Below are positions 14,095 through 24,678 of a DNA stretch of 40,300 bases, piece by piece. A program made the translations under genes and the position numbers. Source of the stretch: Rozella allomycis CSF55 (lineage: Eukaryota). Within the stretch, counting starts at the first letter, position 1; every line of letters begins with the position of its first letter. The notes beneath the pieces are model-generated. The model was not told where the DNA came from, did not search any database, and saw only the letters and a program-made list of their open reading frames with translations. The DNA is taken from positions 62,001 to 102,300 of the forward strand of contig KE560945.1 in the NCBI GenBank assembly GCA_000442015.1. The letters run 5' to 3'.

Positions 14095-14285
14095 TCATTC
14101 CGTATCTTCCTCGTCCTCTACATTATTTTCAAAACTCTTTCGAAGAGCTTCTTTCATTTGATAATGCATTTTTCTTTTTTCTTCAAAAGAAGATTTCTTT
14201 TTTAATTTCAATTCAGCATCCGAATCTATCATTGGTGTCGCTCCATGCGCTCATAAAATCTTAATCCTCGTAAATTGGATAATAA
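14095..14285 (-). CDS. 3' fragment of protein phosphatase 1 inhibitor-2 (Glc8/PPP1R2-like); 5' part lost at gap 14286
   Basis: Minus-strand frame DSDAELKLKKKSSFEEKRKMHYQMKEALRK...EDEEDTE* has the FE.KRK.HY signature of inhibitor-2. Confidence 0.65.
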
Positions 14286-14286
14286 N

Positions 14287-15761
14287 CCATTACAAGCAAA
14301 GTAAAATCAATGCGCAAATCTCTTTTTGGAACTAACGGTATCGAATATGATAAACTCATAAAACAAATTGAACAAGAGCATAACACAAATACGCGTATAC
14401 AGGTCGAAAGAGACTCATTGGGTACAGTGTTAAATTTTATGTGGTGCGATGTTAGGGCTCTGAAATCTTTTGAGTCCACTAATTGTGACTTGTTGCTTGT
14501 AGACACTACATATAAATGCATTCGATTTGACCAGTCATTAGCGCTTTTGGTGTCTTTAGATTGTCATGGCGTTTATTACACAGTCGCAGCTGCCTTTATA
14601 TCTTTAGGAGACTCACACACATTCACATGGTTGATAAACAATTTAAAACATATTTGTCCGAAATTTGGATCATCACAAACCATCATATTTACTGACAATG
14701 ATGCCGCAATGACGTTAGCTTTTGAAGGAATACCTTTTTTGTCTCACTACCTAGACCTTTTCCATTTTGTGCAAGCATTAGACAAAAATCTCAGAAGTCG
14801 CATGCATCAATACGATACATTTCGCCGTAAAATGCGTGAATATGTCCTAACAAAATCTTCTGCTGAGATAGAAGAAGAATTGCAAAATGTCTTTACTAAC
14901 TTTAGAATAACCCAAGCTGATCGTAACTACATTAATTAATACGTCGTGCCCATTTTGCCAAAAGTTTGTCGAAAGAATAGGTCAGAAGCGTTTGACTTTG
15001 GAGTGTCTGGTACCAATGCGTGTGAAGCCTTCAATCGTGTCATCAAAAGTTATGGTGCTAATTTTGCGTCTCATGCTCTTTCCATTATGCAAATTACGGA
15101 CTTTATATTTGAAACTTACACTGCAAAATTTAAATCAATAATTGAACGTAAAACCCAACTCGTAAATGTTGCAAATATGTCACAGTTTGAAAAAGATCTA
15201 AAATGCAAACTTGGCGCATATGCTGAAAATAAGTTAATGAAACAAATGTGTAAAGCAATGTTTCTTAATGTAGTGGCAAATAGCGATAATACAGATTTTA
15301 CAGTCTCTAGCCCCGATGCAGTGCTAGCAAACGTTACATTAACCACATCCAATGAAATTTGTTCGTTCCAATGCACATGTGGTTATTTGCAGCGCAAAGG
15401 AATTATATGTTCACATATTGTAGCTGTGAAACAAATATTAGGTAAATTAGTGTCGTTCCAGGATTGTATTCCCCGTTGGCATTTACCCGATGCCGTGCAA
15501 AATCCAACTAAAGCGTCGGGCTCCAATGTCGTTTCTATATCAACACGCCCGCAAACCTCTTTACGCGAATATCGTTTGAAATTGCAATCACTTCATAAGT
15601 TGATGTTAAACCAAGCGTATGATAGCATTGAGAAACTACAAATTGCTATAGACGGTTGTGAGCAAACATATAAGAGCCTGTTTCCGAACGAAATTGAAAA
15701 CGTCTCCTTAGATCCCCCGCCCAGGCAAAAACGACGATCCAAGCGGAAGAGTAAAAGTTAA
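14287..15761 (+). pseudogene. MULE/FAR1-type DDE transposase with SWIM zinc finger; one in-frame TAA at 14937-14939, 5' end in gap
   Basis: LLVDTTYK (D1), IFTDNDAAM (D2), DLFH at the CxxH position, TNACEAFN (E), SWIM CTCGYLQRKGIICSH, IPRW, basic tail; ORFs 14310-14939 and 14946-15761 share one frame, which is open back to the N. Confidence 0.9.
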
Positions 15762-15797
15762 CAAATAAAACAGACATTCAACCGAAACGATGCTTTA

Positions 15798-16975
15798 TTA
15801 ATTTATGAACCTTTTTTCCATAAGTCCTTCGTGCCCTTTACGTTTTAAGGAGTATGCGCATTCATCCAAATCCAAAAGGTACATGTCCCCATTAGATATG
15901 TTGATACCCACCCCAGTTCCATGTGGCGATTCATCATACCAAATATTTGTAACGTCTCCATTAATACGTTGTTTGAAGTATTTAAGAATAGCACCTGTTA
16001 TGTTGTTGCCATCACACCCTAGTTTAAGTTTCCATTTTGCTAAAACTGTCTTGGGCTGACATGAGAATGCCGCACAATGCATCGGCACATGTTTTTCAAG
16101 TTCGCATGCGCTCACAATTGGAGCGTTGTGAAATGTAATTAACGTTTTCTTAAAATTCTCGAATGTAAATGGTAACGCGACATCCAATGGCGGTTTTCCG
16201 GCTTCAAATTTTTTCGATTTCCACATACGAAAGTTTTGGTTGCAATTATAGTTATAGACGCCCCTGTCAAACAGAAAATGTAAATCATCACCATGCTTTA
16301 AGGGCACCATTAAAGGAAATCTCGCATTAATGTACATCGCCTTTTTAAAACCAGTTATTGTAACGCCATCATCTTCAAACATAGGATATTCCTGTTCGTA
16401 TAACTTATCAATAATCCATCTAAGAACTGCTGAACAATGCTCAATAGATGGAAAAACAACATTTTGGAAAACTAAATGAATACTAAATTTTTTCTCAGAT
16501 GACGCATCTAGAACAATAACGTCATTCACAAGCTCATTGGCTGATTCAATACCCATGCCATGCAATGCCTCTGAGACATACCACTTAAGGCTTTTGACTA
16601 CAGAGTCCGTATTTAGGAGCGAGCGAAATTCGCTGATAACGGTGTCATATTGACAATCAATGTCCATGAAGAATTTAACTGGCACGTCTTTACGAATTAC
16701 TTCGTAGCATGTCTTATTATTGCTTCCGAGAACAGTATAATAATCGTAAAAACTTTGAATGTCCGTTACAGCATAATGCCGGAACCGGCACTATTGACCT
16801 CTCTAGACACAAGTATTTTATTCTCCGTCGGATGGTTGGTGGCATATTCAATGCATTTATGCAATTTGCGATGCCATTCAATTTCAGCTCTCAACTTCTT
16901 TAACTTAAACGCTTTCAAAAGCGATATAGCAACCAAACTTCTTTTTGAATTCGACATTCTAAAGATGAGTTTCAT
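15798..16975 (-). CDS. PrimPol-like archaeo-eukaryotic primase-polymerase, intronless, one frameshift near 16780 (possible pseudogene)
   Basis: RHYAVTDIQSFYDYY...TCYEVIRKDVPVKFFMDID (motif I), LDASSEKKFSIHLVF (motif II), LFDRGVYNYNCNQNFRMWKSKK (motif III); ORF 16766-16975 supplies the N-terminal part in another frame. Confidence 0.88.
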
Positions 16976-17069
16976 ATTTTGCCCGAACTTCTAGTGAGAA
17001 ACTATTGATAGACAGGTAGTCCTCCATGGTTTGTTTACTCTACCCTGGTTAATATCACTAGGGCAATAN

Positions 17070-17728
17070 GAATAGGCCCACCCGCCAACTGGCCGCAGAA
17101 TAAATGTCGCTGCAACAAAGACAATGTTTAGCACAAGCGAAGCGCACAGCGATACTAGTTCTTGATTCATTAGGATTTTCAAGATACCTTTCAGCAAGCT
17201 ACCCTGGATTTCCGGGAGATCACGGCCAGCGATGAAGAGTGTGAGCAGGTTTCCGCAATTGAATAAAATCAAGACAGCCTTTTCTACAGCAAGCATATTG
17301 ACGGGAAATCCGGTGGAGCAGAGACCTGCCTTTGGAGGATCATAGTACATTCCCAGTGACACGATGAGACATATGGCTCTCATTGCAAAGAACGAGAATG
17401 CAACGTAAGGAAGCTTCTTTTTCGATTTTACAAATATGTAAACTATCTTGGTCTGATATATATCAAGGCATATCTGGGAAATGTAAGATTGGATGTACAA
17501 TGTCAATGAGCGGTAGCCACACGTATCGGTAGGTATTAAATCCCACGCAATGGCCTCAATGTTTAGGGTGGCCAAGAATAGGCCTGATAGAATGAGAAAA
17601 AGGGCTGTTTTGCCGGACCGGTGGAAATGTATGATGTAGCCGTCTGTGATTGAAATGAGGCCCATAGCGATCATTGCAGACCGGAAAACATTGGTGAGAA
17701 CCTGGACACCTGTAAAGTTATTGTTCAT
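17070..17728 (-). CDS. Multi-pass membrane protein (possibly GPCR-like 7TM), truncated at gap 17069
   Basis: About six hydrophobic segments, with Cys before TM3 (DTCGYR) and in the second outer loop (GLCSTG); intronless; ORF residues past the N belong to another contig. Confidence 0.6.
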
Positions 17729-17887
17729 CAAGACGTGATAAAATTTCCGATCTATACGAGGATCCACCAAGCAAATTAATCTATTTTTGAACCGTTTAAT
17801 GCAGAGAAAGTAAATAAATCTATATTTTGAGATCGAAAGTCATAGCTAAATGTTTCACAGTCATGGAAGGATTCTGTAAATTTCAAA

Positions 17888-18894
17888 ATGTCTGACACTC
17901 AATTTTTCCATACACTAGAATTTATAGAGAATGGATTATACGAAATGTAAGCTCTCCATATATTTTATATAGTTCGGGATATGAGATTATCGAATTAGAG
18001 CAGTCCAATACCTGTTTTCAGTTTGTAGAATCTAAACGCTTGCTCCTCTTGAATAAATTAAGAATCCCATCTCTTATATCGTATTTATCAAACTGTAAAG
18101 AATATGATTTGAATTCCTTGTTGCTGGAGCTGCTTATTCATAGTAATCGCCCGAACAGTCTCTCGAGACGGTAAAAGGACATAAAAATTGGTTATGAAAG
18201 GAGAAAAATACTAAGAAATTCAGAGCATAAAGATTATAAAAGAGAAATGTATGTTTGCAATCTGCTGATAAAGAAGACGCCTAATGTATCATGCCTGTGG
18301 TTTCATAAACTGTGGATTCTTTCTCAGAATCATTCCCTTGCTACTTTGAGTGACTTTTTATTTGTAAGGTCTATTTTGGAAACCCATTCGCGCAATTATT
18401 ATGCATGGGGATATCTGATTCAATCGCAAGAGGTGTACAATCAACAGAATCTAGGCTGTAATGTAATGGAAAGTCAGTTTGCATGGGCCATTAAGCTGTT
18501 CCAGTTGAATCCAAGGAATTATTCGGCGGTGAATTATGCGTATCAGATATGCAGGGGTGAGCGAAGGGATTTTAAAGTTGGATTAAAGCAAATAGAAAGT
18601 TTTTATGATGTTAAGGATGCTTTAAAGACTTGTTTTGCGAATGTCGAGAGTGATGGAAATGTGGGTTTGTGTTTTAAAGAATTGAAGAGATATCCCAATT
18701 CTGTATCGACATGGGTTATGCTATCACTCTTTTTAAGATACAAGACTAAATATTTTAAAGTTGAAAAAGATAATTTAAGACAATCAAATTTACTGAAGTG
18801 TTTAAGTGAGTGGACCCCTGATGATTCGTATGAATGGTTTGATGAAGAAAAGGTTATTAAGAATGCACGATACTTTATAAACCTTTTAAATTAA
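17888..18894 (+). CDS. Protein prenyltransferase alpha-subunit repeat protein (PTAR1-like), 2 introns
   Basis: PPTA-like repeats PNVSCLWFHKLWI, HSRNYYAWGY, NPRNYSAVNY, YPNSVSTW; ATG 17888 joined via 26- and 30-nt introns. Confidence 0.75.
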
Positions 18895-18995
18895 CACTTT
18901 AAACATGAATTTAAAAGCATTTTAATCAATAAATAAAGTTTCTATTTTTAGCAACAAAGGAACATTAATGGTAGAAAATTCTCCGTTGATTAGCA

Positions 18996-21900
18996 ATGGA
19001 AAAGGAGGAAAGAGAAGTGCGAAGATTATCAGCAAGCCAAGCTGAGCAAAAGCCTACGGCATGGGCGACAGTGAATCCGCATCATCAAATGACTGTTCGA
19101 TCAATCAAGGATGTGCAAGGTTTCTCAACAATACCGTTTCGTATACCAGACAAGACTGATCCGCGACTGGTTGTAGATTTCCGCTCTATTTCATTATCCG
19201 TTACACAAACGATAGAGAAGCATTCGAGTGAGAAGAAGGGCGACAAGGCTGAAGACCACGTTAGAGCGATCGATGTGCACAAGCTGAGTGCGAATCAGGT
19301 GTTTACGCGTTACAGCACGCATCCGACGTTGGGGCTTGAAAAGGCGGCGTTGGAGAGACTAGCGAATGGGCCCAAGAACCGCATTAACACGCCTCGACCG
19401 AATCCAATTCTTAAAGTGATGAACTTTGTGTTTGGCGGGTTTAATTCTCTTATTTGGATAGCGATGATTTTGTGTTTTGTGTCATACCAGCCGCTGGGTG
19501 GCAATGACCCGCAGATTATTAATTTGGGGATAGCGTTTCTGTTGTTGTTGGTGATTGTAGCGTGTTCAACGTTTTATGGGTTGGTTGATTGGAAGGCGAT
19601 GAAGTCTATGAATGCGATAATGAATTTGATTGCAGAGAGAGCGATTGTGACGCGTGATGGACAAAAGATTGAAGTGGATGCTGATGAGTTGAAGGTTGGG
19701 GATATTGTTGAATTGTCGTTGGGACAGAGAGTGCCTGCTGATTTGTACTTGTTTGAGGTGTCGCCTGATGTGAGGTTTGATAGATCTATTTTGACTGGGG
19801 AGACTGATGCTATACCGGGGACTGTGGAGATGACTGATGAGAATCCATTAGAGACGCATAATTTAGCATTTTCTTCAACGTTTGTTATTCAGGGCAGTGC
19901 ACGCGGGGTTGTGTTTGCTATTGGGAATGAAACGGTTGTTGGGAACATTGTTGCAATGTCTAGCACTGGGAAGATCAAGTTGTCTCGATTGCAGCAAGAG
20001 TTGAATACGTTTACGTTTAGGGTAGCGATTGCAGCGATTGTGATGTTTATAATTTCTATTATATGGTGGGCGACTTACTTGAATACGTATCATGCTGGGT
20101 ATGCGACTATATCAACTGCGATTATTAATGCGATTGGATGTTTGACGTCGTTTGTTCCTGAGGGGTTGCCTATTTGTGTTGCACTGGCGATGACTGTTAT
20201 AGCGAGACGGATGGCCAAGCGCAAAGTGTTGGTGAAGAATTTGTCAACGATTGAAACTGTTGGGTCAATGTCAGTGTTGTGTTCAGATAAGACGGGAACG
20301 TTGACGCAGGGAAAGATGTTTGTTGAAGGGGTGAGGTTTGCAGATAGAGATTTCTACAGTGGAGAAGATTTGATGAAAACAAAGGGAGGAGAGTTGGCGT
20401 TGAAGGTTGGGTATTTGTGTAATGACGCGGCGTTTGAGATTGAAGATGAAGAGTTGCCGTTGGAGAAGATGGGCATTAGAGGGAATTCAACTGATGTTGC
20501 TATTCTAAGATACAGCGCTGTTAATTTGAAGCCAGAGAGTAGTTTGGATGATGAAAACAAGATAATTTATTCAGTGCCATTCAATTCAAAGAATAAATGG
20601 ATGATGACAATCAATCAAACAAAGCAAGGGAATTTCATTTATCTTAAAGGTGCGCCTGATGTTTTATTCAAAATGTGTGATAAAGCAATGTTATCCAATG
20701 GGAATATCATCAATTTAAGTGACAATGTACCAACGATGGATAATGATTTGAAATCTGATGAAAAATCTGATAATTTATCTGCAANGAAAAGAATAATAAT
20801 TTATCTGCAAAGGATTTGTTGCTTCAAGCACAGAGAGAATGGAGTTCAAGTGGAAGAAGAGTTATTGTTTCTTGTTTTAAAAAGATTAATAAATCACTTC
20901 CAGTTAAAGATGATAAATTGATGGAACAAGCGATGAAAGATGAAATGAATGGATTTACTGTTCTTTGTTTAACTGGAATCAGAGACCCTCCAAGAGAAGA
21001 TGTTCCAAACGCAGTTCAAACTATGCGAGAAGCGGGCGTTAAAGTGTTCATGGTCACTGGCGATTTCAGACTAACTGCAGAAGCAATCGCTAAACAAATT
21101 GGAATCATCACTTCAAGCATCGTTGACGATCACGAAAAGTTATTTGATTCAAATTTAATTCAAAAATATAAAAATATGAAATTGCATGAAATGAAACCAA
21201 ATCCAAATGATCCATTGAAAGCAATTGTGTTAACTGGAGACGATGTTAATAAACTATCAGATGACAATTGGAATGTTCTGTTCGCTCTCTACACGGAAAT
21301 TGCTTTTGCTAGAACTACCCCTGAACAGAAAATGATCATTGTTGAAGAATGCAAAAAGAGAGGCGATAACGTTGTTGGTGTAACTGGCGATGGTGTAAAT
21401 GACGCACCCGCTCTAAAAGCTGCTGATATTGGTCTGGCTATGGGCGCTGGCTCTGATGTTGCCAAAGAAGCCGCTTCAATGGTCCTTTTAAACAATGATT
21501 TCGCTTCAATCCCAATCGCTATTGAGAATGGAAGATTATTGTTTGAAAACATGAAGAAAGTTGTCATGTACGTTCTACCAGCTGGCACCTACACAGAACT
21601 CATGGGTGTTATCTCAAACGTCTTTTTCGGCATGCAACTCCCACTCAGCACCTACCTAATGGTCTTCTTCTGCACCTTCAACGACGTCCTCATGTCAATC
21701 GGCCTCATGTTCTGCAAACCAGAATCCGATCTCATGAAAAAACCACCAAGAAACCCGCGCTTGGAGAAACTAACAGACTGGCGATTCTTCATGCACATCT
21801 ACCTCTTTGTCGGCGTAATAATTTGGCTCTCGTGTTTCGGCATGTTCTTCATGTACTGGTCATTCAGCAACTTTGGATTCTACGATCTCTTCCTCGTCTT

Positions 21901-22303
21901 TGAAAAATGGACAGACGGGTACAAGGGTCTTTCTCTGGAAACACTCAATGCGAAACTCGCTGAAAGTCAAAGCATCTTTTACGTCACAATGGCTATCATG
22001 CAAATAGGCAATCTACTCGCCGCATGCAACAGGCGCGAATCGTTCCTGCATTCTAATCCGTTCTTTGGAAGAGGATTCAACCGACAACTCATTGTTTGTC
22101 TCGCTCTGAATGTCGTGCTTGTGTTGGTTAATATCTATGCGTCCAGCTACTCTTATGCGAATATCTTTCGTGTTGGCAATGTGCCTGTGCAGTATTGGTT
22201 CATTCCGATTCCTCTAGCTTTGTTGCTGCTGATGGTGGATGAGGGCAGGAAATACCTGGTGAGGAAATATCCTAATTCTTTGCTTGCTAAATGCGCTTGG
22301 TGA
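18996..22303 (+). CDS. P-type ATPase, type IIC (Na+/K+- or H+/K+-ATPase alpha-like)
   Basis: LTGET, VPEGL, CSDKTGTLTQ, KGAPD, MVTGD, FARTTPEQK, TGDGVNDAPALKAADIG; C-terminal DEGRKYLVRKYP...AW; apparent frameshift at N20785 explained by a duplicated contig overlap. Confidence 0.93.
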
Positions 22304-22433
22304 AGATACAACCAAAGAAATAAATATATCAAATTAAATATTTTTTTACTGTTTAAGTTTTAAATCCTATATTTTTTATTTTTCATTATCGATTGTCATG
22401 TGTCAGGTAAAGGGTCACTTAATACAAGGGCAC

Positions 22434-22834
22434 TAGGGTTGCACTTTAACGCCTACTAATAACAATATAATTAACTTAGTGCGTTAATAACGGTTAATAA
22501 CGGTTAATTAACAGTTAATTAACTTTATTAGTAAGTTAATTGCCATATGGCAAGCCTATTCTACTTCTTCGTCCAAGTCATCATTTATCTCCAATTCTGA
22601 ATGCTACGGGTATAAAAAGTGATCTTCCGTTGATTTATCACCTATATCAGAGTAAATAAACACCAGAGTTTCATTTTTTCTGTTATATTATACTTTAAAA
22701 CATCCGCTATTTTTAGAATGTTACCCTGGACACTTGCATTATTAACTGTTAATTTAAAACCGATGATGTTAATAACGCATTATTAACGCGTTATTAACGC
22801 GTTTTTAATTAACCGTTAATAACAGAGTGCAACA
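22434..22834 (-). mobile_element. Non-autonomous hAT-like deletion derivative (~400 bp)
   Basis: Left end TAGGGTTGCACT, right end AGTGCAACA cut by N; GTTAAT(A/T)AAC-type subterminal repeats at both ends; internal remnant ETLVFIYSD...SELEINDDLDEEVE* resembles a hAT transposase C-terminus. Confidence 0.6.
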
Positions 22835-22860
22835 NGTCCAGCCACCACTTTTTTTCTAAC

Positions 22861-23733
22861 ATGTTCGCTAAAGCAACCTTGCTGATCGCCATCTCATTCT
22901 TATTCTCATCATGCCAAGCAATGCTAAACTTGCACCAAAGGCACATACTCAGCCAAGCACGCATTAACCTGATCGACGCAACTATTAGAGCTTTCAAGGA
23001 CCTCGCCAATGAGAAAAACAGGCAAGTAATCCTTCAATCAGGCAATAAGCTTTCTATGAGACAAAGACCGTTGGATGCTGAAAGCTTTATTGAAAAGACT
23101 CTGGAAAACACCATCGTCGACATGTTCCGCAACGCATTCTGGCTGAAATCTTCTGCTGATTTGTTCAATACGAGCGACGAGTATCAGCTGCTTTCGTCGC
23201 TGTTTGCCAAGTACAATGATTTGAAACAACAGATCATGCAGATCGGCAATTACAATCACGAGTTTACCGCAAATTTTAAGATTGGTGAAAAGTGCAGCAA
23301 GCAAATTACAGACTTGCTTACAAATGATAATATTGACAGGAATGATTTGCTGAATATGAGATTCTTTTGCGAAATAGCAGCAATATTGCACTCACTTGAT
23401 CGTAACAAGGATTTCCTTATTGTGGCAACTGAGATGAGAGGCGATGCGGATGGTAAAGTTAATGTTGTCGCTACAGGGTTCAGAAGCTTTGGGGATGTCG
23501 TTAATGATCTTGGAAAATCTGCCAGTAATGTTAGAAAGGACGCGTATATGCAGATTGAGCTGAATGATTATCGCGAAATGGTGGACGAATTGAAAGCTTT
23601 TGTGATTTCGAATAAGAAATTGGCACTGGGAAATAGTGTTGAACAGCATTTTCGCAATAAGCAAATTGTATTTTCTCTTATTGCGGACTTTGCAAAAGAA
23701 TTTATAGAGAAATTTGACTTTGAAGGGATATAG
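22861..23733 (+). CDS. Secreted hypothetical protein (290 aa)
   Basis: Intact intronless ORF with signal-peptide-like MFAKATLLIAISFLFSSCQA; no recognised domain. Confidence 0.75.
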   Translation: MFAKATLLIAISFLFSSCQAMLNLHQRHILSQARINLIDATIRAFKDLANEKNRQVILQSGNKLSMRQRPLDAESFIEKTLENTIVDMFRNAFWLKSSADLFNTSDEYQLLSSLFAKYNDLKQQIMQIGNYNHEFTANFKIGEKCSKQITDLLTNDNIDRNDLLNMRFFCEIAAILHSLDRNKDFLIVATEMRGDADGKVNVVATGFRSFGDVVNDLGKSASNVRKDAYMQIELNDYREMVDELKAFVISNKKLALGNSVEQHFRNKQIVFSLIADFAKEFIEKFDFEGI

Positions 23734-23828
23734 ATGAAAGAATCAAGTTTGCATTAATAAAATTAGATACTAGATTTTATTCGTCTCTGTACATAAACTT
23801 TTCGCATTCTATTGTTCTCGTTATGTAA

Positions 23829-24338
23829 TTACACATTTTCCAGCGGTGATAACTTTTGATAGCTTGTATTCGTTCTTCCCAATTCAATCCACCCATTTCG
23901 ATTATTATTTGACAGAACAATAGGCTCCAGCTCCTTTTTCATGCAAAAATGCTCTCCCAACAAAATTGTAATAGCTCCAAAAATACATTGCATAATATAA
24001 AATGATACATACGGCATCGATCCATTAACAACACATGTAAATATGAAATGGATGAATACAAACGTTCCCACAAAGTCGATTACCAGTTTGGCTCTTCCAA
24101 TTATTTCTCTCAAGATAATACTAGTGAGAAACGCTTGAAACAAATATATTATTGTTTTAATTGATGGGAATATCGGCCAATACAGCGGGAAAAATTCTTC
24201 GAGTGAAAATTCATAGTCGCTAATGAAATATAGCGCTGAAAATGATAAAAGCATTGTGAAATAGGTTAGGCATTGGACTGATATAATCTGGAATATTAAA
24301 AGCGCTGGATCAAATGTTGATATTCGAAACTGGGCCAT
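23829..24338 (-). CDS. SYS1: Golgi membrane protein Sys1
   Basis: FDPALLIFQIISVQCLTY, IIGRAKLVIDF..T..FIH, LGEHFCMKKELEPI. Confidence 0.9.
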   Translation of the reverse strand: MAQFRISTFDPALLIFQIISVQCLTYFTMLLSFSALYFISDYEFSLEEFFPLYWPIFPSIKTIIYLFQAFLTSIILREIIGRAKLVIDFVGTFVFIHFIFTCVVNGSMPYVSFYIMQCIFGAITILLGEHFCMKKELEPIVLSNNNRNGWIELGRTNTSYQKLSPLENV

Positions 24339-24678
24339 TTGGTGGCTGAAGTTTGAATGACAAAAATGAAATGAAATTTATCACATGGTCACTTTATGGA
24401 AATGACAGGTTTGGGTTAAAGTTGTCCATTTATATTTCAAATTTTCAATTTTAGTCGAAATTAAGTTATACTTTCAAGAGCTTTTTCCCTTTCTCAAGCA
24501 ATTGAAATGATAAACAGCTATGTTTACCATCGACTTACACAACCCCGATGGCTTTATTTAAAAATCATTGGCGTCGACCAAAAACATTGTGTTACTAACT
24601 AACACAACGTAGGTTAGGATTTAGACTGGCGTTGGTCACGCTTAACTATAGATTTATACTACCTTGCGCATAAATTGC

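Larger units (their letters stand above)
14287..17068. mobile_element. Putative Mutator-like (MULE) element: transposase plus convergent PrimPol-like gene; termini not visible
   Basis: Two intronless convergent genes with stops 36 bp apart; block bounded by N at both sides, each next to a truncated host gene; no TIR or TSD observable. Confidence 0.6.

Noticed and set aside
14937-14939. TAA/TAG read as Gln (alternative genetic code) in the MULE block
   Set aside because: Only one internal stop in ~490 codons, ordinary Gln codons are used, and both ORFs end in TAA.
16991-17069. C-terminus of the 259-aa membrane ORF
   Set aside because: It reads across N17069 into the upstream region of the PrimPol gene, so it is chimeric.
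20760-20830. Frameshift or pseudogenisation of the P-type ATPase
   Set aside because: ATAATTTATCTGCAA occurs on both sides of the N; merging the overlap restores the frame (NLSAKDLLLQ).
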